Shown here one piece after another: positions 48,585 through 62,309 of a stretch of 64,000 bases of DNA. The position numbers and the translations under genes were made by a program. The notes beneath the pieces were generated by a model. That model ran no database searches. It was not told where the DNA came from and saw only the letters and a list, made by a program, of their open reading frames with translations. Every line of letters starts with the position of its first letter. Within the stretch, counting starts at the first letter, position 1. Source of the DNA: Heterodontus francisci (lineage: Eukaryota); assembly GCF_036365525.1 (NCBI RefSeq), contig NC_090380.1, positions 91,746,194 through 91,810,193 on the forward strand, in the 5' to 3' direction.

Positions 48585-49655
48585 TTTTTTTTAAAATTCA
48601 TTCATGGGATGTGGGCATCACTGGCTTTGCCAGCATTTATTGCCCATCCCTAATTGCCCTTGTGAAGGTGGTGGTGAGCTGCCTTCTTGAACCGCTGCAG
48701 TCCATGTGAGGTAGGTACACCCACAGTGCTGTTCGGAAGGGAGTTCCAGGATTTTGACCCAGCGACAGTGAAGGAACGGCGATATAGTTCCAAGTCAGGA
48801 TGGTGTGTGACTTGGACGGGAACTTGCAGGTGGTGATGTTCCCATACATCTGCTGCTCTTGTCCTTCAAGGTGGTAGAGGTCGCAGGTTTGGAAGGTGCT
48901 GTCTAAGGAGCCTTGGTGAGTTGCTGCAATGCATCTTGTAGATGGTACACACTGCTGCCACTGTGCGTCGGTAGTGGAGGGAGTGAATGTTTGTGCATAG
49001 TGTGCCAATCAAGTGGACTGCTTTGTTCTGGATGGCGTCGAGCTTCTTAAGTGTTGTTGGAGCTGCACCCATCCAAGCAAGTGGAGAGTATTCCATCAGA
49101 CTCCTGACTTGTGCCTTGTAAATGGTGGACAGGCTTTGGGGAGTCAGGAGGTGAGTTACTCGCCTCAGGATTCCTAGCCTCTGACCTGCTTTTGTAGCCA
49201 TGGTATTTATATGGCTACTCCAGTTCAGTTTCTGGTCAATGGTAACCCCCAGGATGTTGATAGTGGGAGATTCAGCGATGGTAATGCCATTGAATGTCAA
49301 GGGGAGATGGTTAGATTCTCTCTTGTTGGAGATGGTCATTGCCTGGCACTTGTGTGGCGCAAATGTTACTTGCCACTTATCAGCCCAAGCCTGGATATTG
49401 TCCAGGTCTTGCTGCATTTCTACACGGACTGCTTCAGTATTTGAGGAGTCGCGAATGGTGCTGAACATTGTACAATCATCAGCGACCATCCCCACTTCTG
49501 ACCTTATGATAGAAGGAAGGTCATTGATGAAGCAGCTGAAGATGGTTGGGCCTAGGACACTACCCTGAGGAACTCCTGCAGTGATGTCCTGGAGCTCAGA
49601 TGTTTGACCTCCAACAACCACAGCCATCTTCCTTTGCTCTAGGTATGACTCCAAG
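48585..49655 (-). mobile_element. LINE family B RT/3' fragment within the LTR of D
   Basis: ORF 48866-49654 with GVPQGSVLGP and VADDCT. Confidence 0.85.
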
Positions 49656-51770
49656 TCCAGGGAACCCTGGATGTCAAGGGATATAGAGGATTGGATAAGG
49701 AAAAAAAGGAGGCTTATGGCAGATTCAGAGGGCTGAAAACAGCAGAGTCCCTAGAGGAGTATAGAAAGCGTAGGGGGGGTACTTAAAAAAGTAATTAGGA
49801 GAGCAAAGAAGGTGCATGAAAAAACACAGGCAGGCAAGATAAAGGAAAATCCCAAGGTGTTTTATAAGTATATTAAGGGTAAGAGGATAACCAAGGAAAG
49901 AGTAGGGCCCATTAGGGACCAAAGTAGAAATCTGTATGTGGTGCGGGAGGAAGTAGATGAGGTTTTAAATGATTACTTCTCCATAGTGAACAAATTATAT
50001 GACACAAATTTTCAAATCCTCTCTTGCCACAGGAGTGGTGCCAGAGGACTGGAGGACAGCGAATGTGGTACCATTATTCAAGAAGTGTAACAGGAATAAA
50101 TCAAGTAATTACAGGCCAGTGAGTCTAACATCAGTGGTAGGGAAACTACTGGAAAAAATTCTGAGGGACAGGATTAATCTCTACTTGGAGAGGCAGGGAT
50201 TAGTCAAGGATAGTCCGCATTGCTTTGTCCATGGGAGATCATGTCTAACAAACTTGATTGAATGTTTCGAGGAGGTGACTAGATGTGTAGATGAGGGTAA
50301 AGCAGTTAATGTAGTCTACATGGACTTCAGTAAGGTTTTTGATAAGGTTCCACAAGGGAGATTGGTTAAGAAGGTAAGAGCCCATGGGATCCAGGGCAAT
50401 TTGGCAAATTGGATCCAAAATTGGCTTAGTGACAGGAGGTAGAGGGTGATGGTCGAGGGTTGTTTTTGTGAGTGGAAGCCTATGACCAGTGGTGTACGGC
50501 AGGGATCAGTGCTGGGACCCTTGCTGTTTGTAGTGTACATTAATGATTTAGACGTGAATATGGGAGGTATGATCAGTAAGTTCGCAGATGACATGAAAAT
50601 TGGTGGTGTTGTAAATAGTGAGGAGGAAAGCCTTAGATTACAGGATGACAGGCTGCTAAGATGGGCGGAGCAGTGGCAAATGGAATTTAATCCTGAGAAG
50701 TGTGAGGTGATGCATTTTGGGAGGACTAACAAGGCAATGGAATATACAATGGATGGTAGGACCCTAGGAAGTACAAGGGTCAGAGGGACCTTGGTGTACT
50801 TGTCCATAGATCACTGAAGGCAGCAGCACAGGTAAATAAGGTGGTTAGGAAGGCATATGGGATACTTGCCTTTATTAGCCGAGGCATAGAATATAAGAGC
50901 AGGGAGATTATGATGGAGCTGTATAAATGCTAGTTAGGCCACAGCTGGAATAGTGTGTACAGTTCTGGTCGCCACACTATAGGAAGGGTGTGATTGCACT
51001 GGAGAACGTACAGAGGAGATTCACCAGGATGATGCCTGGGCTGGAGCATTTCATCTATGAAGAGACACTGGAAAGGCTAGGGTTGTTTTCCTTAGAGCAG
51101 AGAAGGCTGAGGGGGGACCTGATTGAAGTATACAAAATTATGAGGGGCATAGATAGGGTAGATAGAAAGAAACTTTATCCCTTAGCAGACGTGTCAATAA
51201 CCAGGGGGCATAGATTTAAGGTAAGGGGCAGGAGGTTTAGAGGAGATTTGAGGAAAGATTTTTTCACTCAGAGGGTGGTTGGAATCTGGAACACACTGCC
51301 TGAAGGGGTGGTAGAGGCAGGAACCCTCACAACATTTAAGAAGTTTTTAAATGAGCACTTGGAACGCCATAGCATACAAGGCTACAGGCCAAGTGCTGAA
51401 AAATGGGATTAGAATAGATAGGTGCTTGATGGTCATCACCGGTATGATGGGCTGAAGGGTAAAGGTGTGCAAAGGAAACCCGACCCCAGTCCGAATGTCA
51501 GACCCGGAAGCCCGACATGACCTGGCCCGAACCCGACATGTGTTGTCGGATCCCGTCAGGGTCGGGTCGGGTTGGGTAGTAGGTCTTTACATCAGTATAT
51601 GGGTAAAGGCCCATTACCCGACCCGACATCGACGGGTCCCGACGACCTGTGTCGAGGTCGGGCTGGGTTGGGTCGAACTTCTGGGTCCAGCATTCAGGCT
51701 CGGTTGGGTTTCCTTTGCACACCTTTACCGAAGGTCCTGTTTCTGTGCTGTATAACACTATGACTCTATG
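49656..51770 (+). mobile_element. Degenerate CR1 within the LTR of D
   Basis: NYRPVSLTS, FADDMK, RGDLIEVYK and a ctatgact tail. Confidence 0.88.
51460..51727. mobile_element. hAT-type MITE
   Basis: 21-bp TIR taaaggtgtgcaaaggaaacc, 8-bp near-TSD ctgaaggg/ccgaaggt and internal (acccg)n repeats. Confidence 0.8.
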
Positions 51771-54719
51771 ACATCGCTCTTAAAGGCAATCACACAACAT
51801 TCCCATTCTTTCCAGCGATAAGACTTGCATACTAAAAGCAAAACTTATAACATTAGATAACATCAAAATTATTTACACATGGATAGAAATTGTGAAGCTT
51901 ATCGATATAAAGGCTTATGAGACCATCTATCGTTTCGGTGGTTTGACAACTCTTCCAGATCTGGTTATGGTATTACCTTCTGGGGATGTGGATTTCACCC
52001 TTGGCTGTCCTGGGTTTGCAGGCATGTTGTTGGCGTTGGTTGCCGTCCTGTTGATTTGTCACACCCCGACTGTCAGAGTGTGCTCCCTCAAGTCCGCCGT
52101 GCGCAGTTGGAGTGCTGCAGAGCTCTCTCAGTTGGCTTCGGTTTCTTCTCAACACTGCTCAGCTAGATGTTGTAATCTCATAGGACCTAGGCCCACCGCA
52201 CATGGTGGACACCTCTACAGGCAATCATGTATTCATTGTGGGGTGTATGACCTTGACCTTTTGTCCTCTGAGTAGCTGAGGTAGTTGCACCGCTGCGTGT
52301 CGGTCATACACCATCTTAATTCCCCCCTGCTTTTCGAGCAGTGTCTCAAGAATTTGGACAGATGATGGCTTGGCAGAGTCATCCGCACTTCTCTGCCAAA
52401 CATGATCTCTGCTGGTGATGGTTAGCCCATATCCATTGGTGTAGCTCTGAGGTGGAGCATGGCAATACAAAGACTTTGTTTCATTATCCTACACTTTAGG
52501 ATAAGTGCTTTGACTGTGTGGACCATTTGCTTGGTGAGACCATTAGACCTAGGGTAATGTGGTGAGGACGTCACATGGTTTATGCCCCATTTGGCACACA
52601 CATCCCTGAAAGGTCTGCCCGTATACTGTGGCCCATTGTCAGAAATGATTTCTTCAGGTGCACCAAATAGACTGAATATGGCACTCAATGTGTCTGTGAT
52701 GCCCACGCTTGAAGTGTCTTTTACCTGTCTGACAATTGGAAATTTGGAAAAATAATCAGTGATTAAGATAAAGTCGTCTCCGTTAATGGAAAATAGGTCA
52801 GTGGTGATTTTGGACGAAGGGACTGATAGAATCCCGTGAGGGTGTAGAAGTTCATTGTGTTGTTGTGGCTGGTAGCTCTGGTGTGCCTCACACATCCTCA
52901 CGAACCTTTCAATGTCATTATTGATCCTTGGCCAATAAAAAGTGTTCCGTGCCAGTCATCTTGTTTGCTCTATGCCCATATGGCCTTGGTGAAGTTGTAA
53001 CAAGATGCCCTCTCGGAGAGCTTTGGGCACAATCACTTATTTTCCCTTGAAAGTGACGCCTCTCGAGATACCGAGTTCATCTCTGTAAGGCCAGAAGCAT
53101 CTGAGGGTTTCTGGCATCTCTTTTATCATATCAGGACATCCTTCTATGACGACTTTCCACAGTGCTTTCAGTTGTGGGTGATTTGGTATTTCTGATTGTA
53201 GTTGGTCACATTTGTACTGATCAAAATGCAATAAATTGATTTTGAGCACATCTTCCACCTCGATGTCCATGCTGTCTATTTTTAGATCCAGTGGAACTTC
53301 TTCATTCTTGTTCTGATTTGGCAATCTGCTCAGCATATCTGAGGTGACCATTTTGGTACCTGGTTTGTAGCAGATGTCGAAGTCATACCCCTGTGCTTTC
53401 ACTAAGAGTCGCTGTAGTTGAGGTGGTGCGCTTGTCAATGGTTTGCACCAGATCACCACCAGTGGTTTGTAGTCAGTTTCCACAGTGAACTGCTTACTGA
53501 ACAGATAGGTATGGAACCTTGTGATCTCAAACACGAGACCAAGTGTTTCACGCTCTATATTTGAATAATTGGATTGTGCTGAGGATAAACATTTGGACCT
53601 GAGTACAGTTGGTTTGCCATCCTGGAGGATACATGCTCCTCGCCCTTTCTGTCAGATGTCGACTTCCAGGATGGTCTTTTTCTTTGCATCATTGTACTGC
53701 AGGGTACAGGTTTCTGCTGACGATGCTTGTTTGAGAGACTCAAACATATGCTGATGGTCCTCCTGCCATACATATGCTACGTCTTTTTTTAAGAGCTCTC
53801 TCAGCGATGCTGCTTTGTCTGAAAAATTTGGAATGTATGGTGCCAGGAAGTTGAAAAATCCAAGACATCTCTGGAGATCTTCCTTGTCTTGTGAGTAGGC
53901 ATATGTTTTATATTGTTGACTTTGCCTGGGTCAGGACGGATTCCACAACCAGAATAGATGGAGCCAAAGAAATTGATCTGACTTACATTTACCTGGCACT
54001 TCTTGCTGTTAAAAAGGAACGCTTCGCGACAAGCTACTGCCATCGGTGATAGAAGATTTTGATTATGTTCTTCTTTGGTTTTTGCCTATTACCGCAATGT
54101 CATCGGCAATTCATTGCAGCCAGGCACATTTTCTATAATTCTGTCCATGTGCTGCTGAAACAGATCCTGACTGACAGATAAGCCGAAGGGTAGTCTTTGG
54201 AAGCAGTATCGTCCAAATGGTGTTCTGAAAGTGGTGACGTCCTGAGATTCCTTAGCTAGGTGTACCGACCAATATCCATGTTTAGGATCCAACTTGGAGA
54301 AGTATTTGGCTCCTGTGAATTGGGGTTCAGTTCAAAAACTCAGGCTCCAAGTCACACGACTGTGTCATGGCACTTAGCTCATTAGCATACAAAAATCTTA
54401 AAGGAACATTTCTCTTAAAGGCAATCACACAACACAGACCGCCCGCCATCCCTAATTGGATGGGGCTCCTGTGTGCTGGTAGTAAATAAGAAAGACATAT
54501 GAGAAAATCAGTTGATAGGGATAAAAGATGACTCAATATATTCTTTTTTCTTGATCTACATTGGGGTCGGGACCCGGATATGGTTCCAATGCCTGCCAGA
54601 AAATCCATCTCATAGAGTCCCTTTCAAAACTTAACTGTCTTTCACCTATTCTTTTGATCCTGACACTCCAGTTTTTTTCTATCCCAAACATAAATATTGG
54701 ATGTTTGTGCCATTTATAG

Positions 54720-55450
54720 AAAGTTACATTCGTGCCACATAAGTGCCAGGCAATGATCATCTCCAAAAAGAGAGAATACAACCATCTCCCCTTGACATTC
54801 AATGGCATTACCATCGCTGAAACCCCCACTATCAACATCCTGGGGTAACCGTTGACCAGAAACTTATTGGACCAGCCACTTAAATGCTGTGGCTACAAGA
54901 GCAGGTCAGAGGCTGGGAATTCTGTGGTGAGTAATTCACCTCCTGACTTCCCAAAGCCTGTCCACCATCTACAAGGCACAAGTCAGGAATGTGATGGAAT
55001 ACTCTCCACTTGCCTGGATGGGTGCAGCTCCAACAACACTCGAAGCTTGACACCATCCAGGAAAAAGCAGCCCTCTTGATAGGCATCCCATCCACCACCT
55101 TAAACATTCACTTCCTCCACCACTGGTGCACAGTGGCTGCAGTGTGTACCATCTACATGATGCACTGCAGCAACTCACCAAACCCACTACCTCTACCACC
55201 TAAAAGGACAAGGGCAGCAGATGCATGGGTACACCATCACCTGCAAGTTCCCCTCCACGCCACACACCATCCTGACTTGGAATTATATCACTGTTGCTGG
55301 ATCAAAATCCTAGAACTCCCTGCCAAACACCACATGGACTGCAATGGTTCAAGAAGGCGGCTCACCACCACCTTTTCAAGGACAATTATGGATGGGCAAT
55401 AAATGCTGGCCTAGCCAGTGATGCTCACATCCTGTGAAAGAATAAAAAGA
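54720..55450 (+). mobile_element. LINE family B 3' fragment
   Basis: Homologous to 48585-49400. Confidence 0.8.
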
Positions 55451-56117
55451 AAATCCTGCATGATAACGATTATAGAATAGATCTTCCTAACCACCAACAC
55501 CGGAAGGGCCTATACTGAATGTCAGCAGGCCTGGTCCATTCTGGACCTAGTGAAGGCCTCAAAATAAGACCATGAGTTTTTTTCTTAAATGGCCACTTTG
55601 TTTTCTGCTCAATTTGAAACTTAGCTTCCTCTCTTAGTGTGACCACTCCAACATGTGATGATCCATGGAACATGTGCTTCTGATGGCATTTGTGGAAGGT
55701 TGGCATGCCAAATGGAACATCCATCCCACCACATTTTCACCAGCGCAATGGAAATTCTTGACTTTGAGGTATGGATGGTGATAGCATTTTAAAGCTCTGT
55801 CAAGCTTTATAGTAAATAGGAATGATATCAGAAACTCCGTTGACAGGGATAAAGGACGACTCAATCTATTCCTTTTTCTTGATCTGCTCTGTTATATGCT
55901 ATGAGCTGAACTAAATATTTATATTATTTAAATGTTTATTAATCATAAAATTGAAGAACTTACCACACAGAAGGAAACCATAGAGCCCAATAGGCCCATA
56001 CCATTGCTAGATCTTCAATTGGAACTATCTAATCTCATCCCACTTCCACACCATTTTCCTATATTCCTTTTACATTCTTCCTTTCAAACTGATTCAATTC
56101 CCTCTTAAATTATGTTG

Positions 56118-56870
56118 GAGGCAGAAATTTTTCATTGGGCGGGAGGCCCCATCCACCGGCCGAAAAGTCGGTGGCGAGCCCGCCTCCACGGAGCCTGGGG
56201 AGACAGACCAGGACTTTTCGCTCCCCAGGCCTTTAATTGGTCTTGGGTGGGACTTCAGCCTTCTTGAGGCAGGAAGTTCCACCTAATGGAGCTGCCAATC
56301 AAACAGCGGGCGGCAGCTCTTAGTCTCAGCAGCGCCACCGGGTGTGGTGGCCACTGCTGGGACTACACTCAGCCATCACAAGAAGATGAAGGATAACTCT
56401 GGAAAAAAGGTACGTTTTTAGGGCCTCACCGGGTACAATTGGTCAGGTCGAAGCGAGGCAAGAGGGGTTGGTTAGGGGGGGCGGGGGGAGTGTTGTGCAT
56501 TGTGGGTGGTTGGAGTTTCGGGTGTGGCCCTCCGTGGGGCGCTGGGTCAGGAGGGCCCTCCACCAGCCTGCAAGGAGGCCGCCTGGTCTCATCAGGTGGG
56601 CTTTTTGAGGCCTCAGCTGCCCGCCAGCCAAGGGTAAAATACCCATGGCGGCAGGCGGAGGCCCTTAAGTGCCAGTTAATTGGCAACTTAAGGGCCTTGA
56701 TTGGCCTGGGGCGGGCCATTTCTCACCACCGCTGCCCTGTGTAAAATTGAAACGGGTGTGGGAGGGGAACGGCTCCCCCCACCCCTCCCCCCCACTCAAT
56801 GTGGCAACCACCCCCCCCCACACCCCCCTGCCACCAGCCCGCTTGTTTGGGGGCCATAAAATTGAAGCCA
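56118..56870. mobile_element. GC-rich Harbinger-type MITE
   Basis: Imperfect TIR ggcagaaatttt / aaattgaagcc; shares sequence with 43416-43599. Confidence 0.6.
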
Positions 56871-58439
56871 TAGTCTTTGCCTTAAAGGCCACCTGTGGTG
56901 AAGCATTTTGTGTTCTAAATATCCTCTGCATGGCATAAATTCTATTAGCTGACCAGTTTTGTCTTATTAGTCATAATCCTCAGTCTATGTCCCTTTGTAA
57001 CCAATTTATCAGCCAGTGGAAACAATTTTTCATATTTATCCTTTTAGAATATATCACAATTTTTAAATTCTCTATTAGATCTCATCCTTAACCTTCTTTG
57101 TTCAGTGGTACAGGTGCATGTGTCTGGACTAAAGTTATGACTGAAAATATTCATGAAAAAGCCAAATCTTTGTGCAGTAGCATACAAGAAGATCAGTGCA
57201 TGTTGTGTGGTTGATGTGTGTATGACTGAGTTTTGGTTGTGGGGGAGGTGTGGTTGGTAGTCCAATTTACAGTGTTCATGACTTGAGGCTGACTGAGTAG
57301 AAACTGTACTGGGTACTAGTGGTTCCACTAGAACAATGTTTCCTGTTCCTTGGAATTATTGGATCACAGCTGCGTGCATTTTGGTCTATTTCTGTGTCCC
57401 ATTGTGTTCTTGTCTTCACAGCAGTAGCTCAGATGAAGTTTCTGAAAGTGAGTCAACTGCAAGGGCTGAAGACGAGGGAATGATTTTCATGGACTCCATC
57501 CCCTTTTTAACATGTAAATATCTAAAGACACAAGAGATAGTTTTACAGTATATAGCAAGAATTTTACAACAGTTCTCAATCATTGTGACACCTCTCTTAT
57601 CCTCGACTAGAATCAAACTTGAGTTAATCTGCTTCACACATGCAGACCTGTACACATTTTACAATAGCTTCATGCCTCACTCTGGTGGCCACTTGTGTTT
57701 TGTTTAGGCTAATGGGACATCAGCTATCTGCACAAACTCATCTGTGCTGCAGTGGAACATTGCAGTTGACTACCAGCTTAATTTGTATTAATTGGAAAGG
57801 CTTCCTTCAATGTGCTGCATTGATTGCTCCTCATTTGTTTACATTTCTTGAACTTCTGGTTTCAATGGGCTCAACATGTGGTTTCAGTGAGCTTTGCTGG
57901 CAGTCCCAAGGGGCTCCTCCCAGTTTCTGAAATTCGGAGCAGCTTGCAGCTGTGTCCTGTACAAAAAAAAAAATGACTTGACAGGGTGGATCTCACTGCT
58001 GGGAGCTGTAGTTGAGATAGAGAGGTTGGTGCAGTAACTATTACTCTTTCATCTCTGTGTTCCTTCCACCCCAGATAAATTGAATGAAAATGTGTCCTTG
58101 AACTCCCTTCAGATTGCTGTCCCAGTTGATGAAAGCAAGGCAGTGTGCAAAGGTACTAGCTGTTGTGCTGAAGACTAGAAGTTGCCAGGTTCAATTCCTG
58201 GCCTGTACTGAATGAATTAATATCAGTTGGGGCAGCAGTAGTAAGGCTACAGTGTCATACAAGTGTCAGGTGTGGCTCAGTTAGTAGCACTCTTTCCTCT
58301 GAGTCAGAAGGTTAGTGGGTTAAGACCCACATCAGAGACTTGAGCACAAAAATCTTGGCTGACAACTACATTTATATAGCACTTTTAACTTAGTAAAACA
58401 TCCCAATGTGCTTCACCGGAGTGATGACCAAATTAAGTC

Positions 58440-59410
58440 ATAACTAGTACAAAGGAAGATGGTTGTGGTTGTTGGAGGCCAATCATCTCAACTCCAGGAC
58501 ATCACTGCAGGAGTTCCTCAGGTAGTGTCCTAGGCCCAACCATCTTCAGCTGCTTCAGCAATGACCTTCCTTCAATCATAAGGTCAGAAGTGGGGATGAT
58601 TGCTCAATGTTCAGTACCATTAGCAACTCCTCAGATACCGAAGCAATCTGTACCTGCATGCAGCAAGACCTGGATAGGAGAGAATCTAACCATTTCCCCT
58701 TGACATTCAACAGCATTATATTGCTGAATCCTTCGCTATCAACATCCTGGGGGTTACCATTGACCAGAAACTGAACTGGAGCAGCCATATAAATACTGTG
58801 GCTACAAGAGCAGGTCAGCGGCGAGGAATTCTGCGGTGAGTAACCCACCTCCTGACTTCCCAAAGCCTGTTCACCATCTCCAAGGCACAAGTCAGGAGTG
58901 TGATGGAATACTGTCCACTTGCCTGGATGGGTGCAGTTCCAACAGCACCCAAGATGCTCGACACCATTCAGGACAAAGCAGCCCGCTTGATCACCCCATC
59001 CACCACCTCAAGCATTCACTCTCTCCACCACTGGTGCACAGTGGCAGCAGTGTGTACCAACTACAAGATGAACTGCAGGAACTCACCAAGGCTCCTTCAA
59101 CAGCACCTACCAAACCCGCGACCTCTATCACCTAGAAGGACAAGGGCAGCAGATGCATGGGGGCACCACCACCTGCAAGTTCCCCTCCAAGTCACACATC
59201 ATCCTGACTTGGACCTACATCGCTGTTCCTTTACCATCACTGGGTCAAAAACCTGGAACTCCCTTCCTAACAGCACTGTGGCTGTACCTGCACCAGATGG
59301 ACTGCCACAGTTCAAGAAGGTGGCTCACCACCTTTTCAACGGCAATTAGGGATGGGTAATAAATATTGGCCTTGCAGTGACGCCCACATATCATGAAAGA
59401 ATAAAAAAAA
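58440..59410 (+). mobile_element. LINE family B fragment
   Basis: MEYCPLAWMGAVPTAPKMLDTIQ and a poly-A tail. Confidence 0.8.
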
Positions 59411-59414
59411 AACT

Positions 59415-59830
59415 AGCCACAAAAGGAGGTAATAGGATAAGTGACAAAAAGCTTAGTGAGAGAGGTAGGTTTTAAGGAACATCTTAAAGTAGGGGAGAGG
59501 TTTAGGGAGGGAATTCCAGACCTGAGGGTCAAGGAAACTGAAGGCATGGAAGCCAATGGTGGAGTGACTAAAATCTAGATTGCACCAGAGGTCATAATTG
59601 GAGGAGTGCAGAGAACTCTGTGGATTGTAGGACTGGAGGAGGTTAGAATGATAGGAAGGGTTGAGGATATAAAGGGATTTGAAAATAAGGATGAGAATTT
59701 TAAAATTGATGCCAATGTAGGTCAACAAGCATAGAGGTGATAAGTGAGTGGGACTTGGTGCAAATTAGAATATGGGCAGCAGTTTTAGTTAAGCTCAGGT
59801 TTACAGAGGGTGCAAGGTGGAAGGCCAGCT
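59415..59830 (-). mobile_element. L2 LINE 3' fragment
   Basis: INFKILILIFKSL...PQVWNSLP...FKMFLKTYL. Confidence 0.7.
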
Positions 59831-60959
59831 AGGAGAGTGCAGTACTGACAGTGTTTTTGGATGAGACGTTAAACCGATGTCCTGTCTGCCCTCAGGTGGA
59901 GGTATAAGATCCCATGACATTATTTCGAAGAGAAGGGGAGTTCTTCCTAGTGGCCTGGCCAATATTTATCTCTCAATCAACATCACTAAAACATATTACC
60001 TGCTTATTATCACATAACTGTTTGTGGGAGCTTACTGTGTGTAAATTGGCTGCTGTGTTTTCTACATTACAAAAGTGACTATAGTTCAAAATACTTAATT
60101 GATGTAAAGTGTTTTAGGATGTCCTCAGGTCATGAAAGGCGCTACATAAATGCAAGTCTTTCCTACTGTGGACCTCAGTTACCTCAGCAGTAGGAAAGGC
60201 ACAATCGATCATTTTCCTGTGATCACTGCTGGAAAATATGAATGTTGGGTCAAAGTACAACTTAATTGTAATGCCCTCCATAGCCAAATGTTCTCATGAT
60301 ACTGGGCTTTGAAATGAAAAATAACCACTACGCAAAATATTAGGAGTAATGCAATGCAGTTGGAACTGCTTTGCAGGAGTCAGCAGTTTCAGGAGGGGAT
60401 GTCAGAAAATTAGAGTGTGGGCATATAGTTTCCTTTCTGGGTTGAATCTCACTTCAGCTCATTTGTTGCTGCAGAATATAAATATGGCCATAAGAGTATA
60501 GATTTTTCTGCTTTTGGTTTGGGACACAGTCTGGCAGAAATGGAAGTTTGCAACACTTACAACACAGTCAAACTCCACAAGGTAATAGTCATTTGGTTCT
60601 CACAACCTTAGTCTGAGCAGAAATGTATTTATTTGAAGCAGTTCAATGCCCACACTGATGAACTGCATGTTTCAATATGTTGAAGCACTGAAAATTTGTT
60701 TATTTTGTTTTCCAGAGCACAAAATATCATTTAGTGCAGCTGAATATAACTAACATGGGTATTGTAGTCAGTTTATTGAATTCTTTTGCCATAGTGTGTT
60801 GAAATTGCTTTGGGCTGTTTGATAGAAATGGCTGCACACAGCCCATAAAAATGGCAGGCCATTTCTATCAGAGGCTGAATTGCTACTGTTTGAATCACTA
60901 AGGCCATTTTGGATACTTAAAGTTAAAAACAACACCTAGTGACATAGGAACAAATACAT

Positions 60960-61360
60960 TATCAACAACAACTTGTATTTATGTAGCACCTTTAACACTA
61001 ATAAAAGTCCCAAGGCACTTCACAGGAGTGTATCAGACAACAATTTGAACTCGAACCACATGAGGTATTCAGACAGGTGACTAAAAGCTTGGTCAAAGAG
61101 GTCGGTTTTAAGGAGCATCTTAAAGGAAGAGAAGAAGTTAGAGAGGTTTGGGGAGGGAATCATAGAGCTGGAGCCTGGGCAACTGAAGGCAAGGCTACAG
61201 TGGTAGAGTGATTAAAACTGGAGATGCGCAAGTGGCCAGAATTGGAAGAGCACAGAGATCTTGGAGGGTTGCAGGGCTGGAGGAGGTTAGAGAGGTAGAA
61301 AAGGGTAAGGATATGAAGGGTTTTGAAAACCAGGATGAAAATTTTAAAATTGATATATTG
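60960..61360 (-). mobile_element. L2 LINE 3' fragment
   Basis: Similar to 59415-59830, with a (gtt)n tail. Confidence 0.65.
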
Positions 61361-62309
61361 CAGACCAAATGCATTAATGAATTCCTTTGTCAGATATTTT
61401 TATGAAGGTGTTAATGTGATATACAACAGGCACCTTTATTAAAATAGGATTACATTCTTGTCTTTAGCACTGCTGGTGCAAAGGTTTGAATGTTGGGAGT
61501 GAATGCCAGCAATCTGGGCATATGCTCCCCACAATTTTCTATGAGTCTCTAAGAAGTTTAGTTCGACATGTGCATCCTCACATAACTTTTTCTGAGGCAG
61601 CTTTTTGTTTTCCAGGTCACAGAGTGTAGTTACATAAATCAAGCCTTTGACAAGCTACAACATCCTGGCCTCATTTGAGAAACTGCTCTCTTGTGTTATA
61701 TCCAGGAGCTGTTGAACTGAATGCGCGTCCTCCTCAGAAAACACAAAGATTGGACTGTGATATATAGGCAGTCGGCTACTGGCTGCAATATCTATGCAGC
61801 AGGTCCTCAGGGAAACATACTTCTTGGCCCCACTCTGTTTCTCACTGTCACCGAAGATCTGCTGGATAGCATCAAAAGTGAACTTCTTCCCTTCACCAAT
61901 GTCACCATCCTCTACAAATGGTTTACTGTTATTCTGAAAGGCTAACTGAGTCACTACAGCAGATTTGGATGAACTTGCAACATTGGACAGATAAATGGTG
62001 TGTTACCATCAGCACTGAGACCAAGTCAATAATTGAGAAAGATATACTGTGAAGTTGCCCACCCATCTGTATCCTGTAAGGAATACAAATTCTGGGACAA
62101 ACAAATGTGAAGGATAGTTGTAAAAACTGGTGGAAAGTGGGAATTGTCAAGAATGTTTGGATCTATATATTAACATTAACAGCTTCAGCGCTCTATAAAG
62201 CCCACTAATGGAATATTATATGAAAGAAAATATCTCATTTTGGACTTTTGACACGCCAAAGAGATTGAGAGCAGTTACTTCCAACAACCTTGTTGCTTAT
62301 TTTTAAACT

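Larger units (their letters stand above)
48331..54434 (-). mobile_element. Gypsy LTR element D (same LTR family as C) retaining RT, RNaseH and integrase
   Basis: LTR 48331-48550 + 51771-51799 is the reverse complement of the LTR of C; partial second LTR ~54330-54434. RT (GYW..TTFRTPFGRYCFQRLPFGL), RNaseH (FTVETDYKPL) and IN (ITDYFSKF, ISDNGPQY, SSPHYPRSNG), all frameshifted; gag deleted. Confidence 0.9.
58262..60160 (+). mobile_element. SacSINE1/Deu-SINE interrupted by L2 and LINE-B fragments
   Basis: tRNA-like head at 58270-58365; Deu-like core and aaggcgctacataaatgcaagt tail at 59835-60160. Confidence 0.7.

Noticed and set aside
48325-54440. TSD for LTR element D
   Set aside because: Flanks caacc and cagac do not match convincingly, so no TSD is claimed.
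57336-57707. Possible host exon (SSSSDEVSESES)
   Set aside because: No recognisable homology or convincing splice pair.
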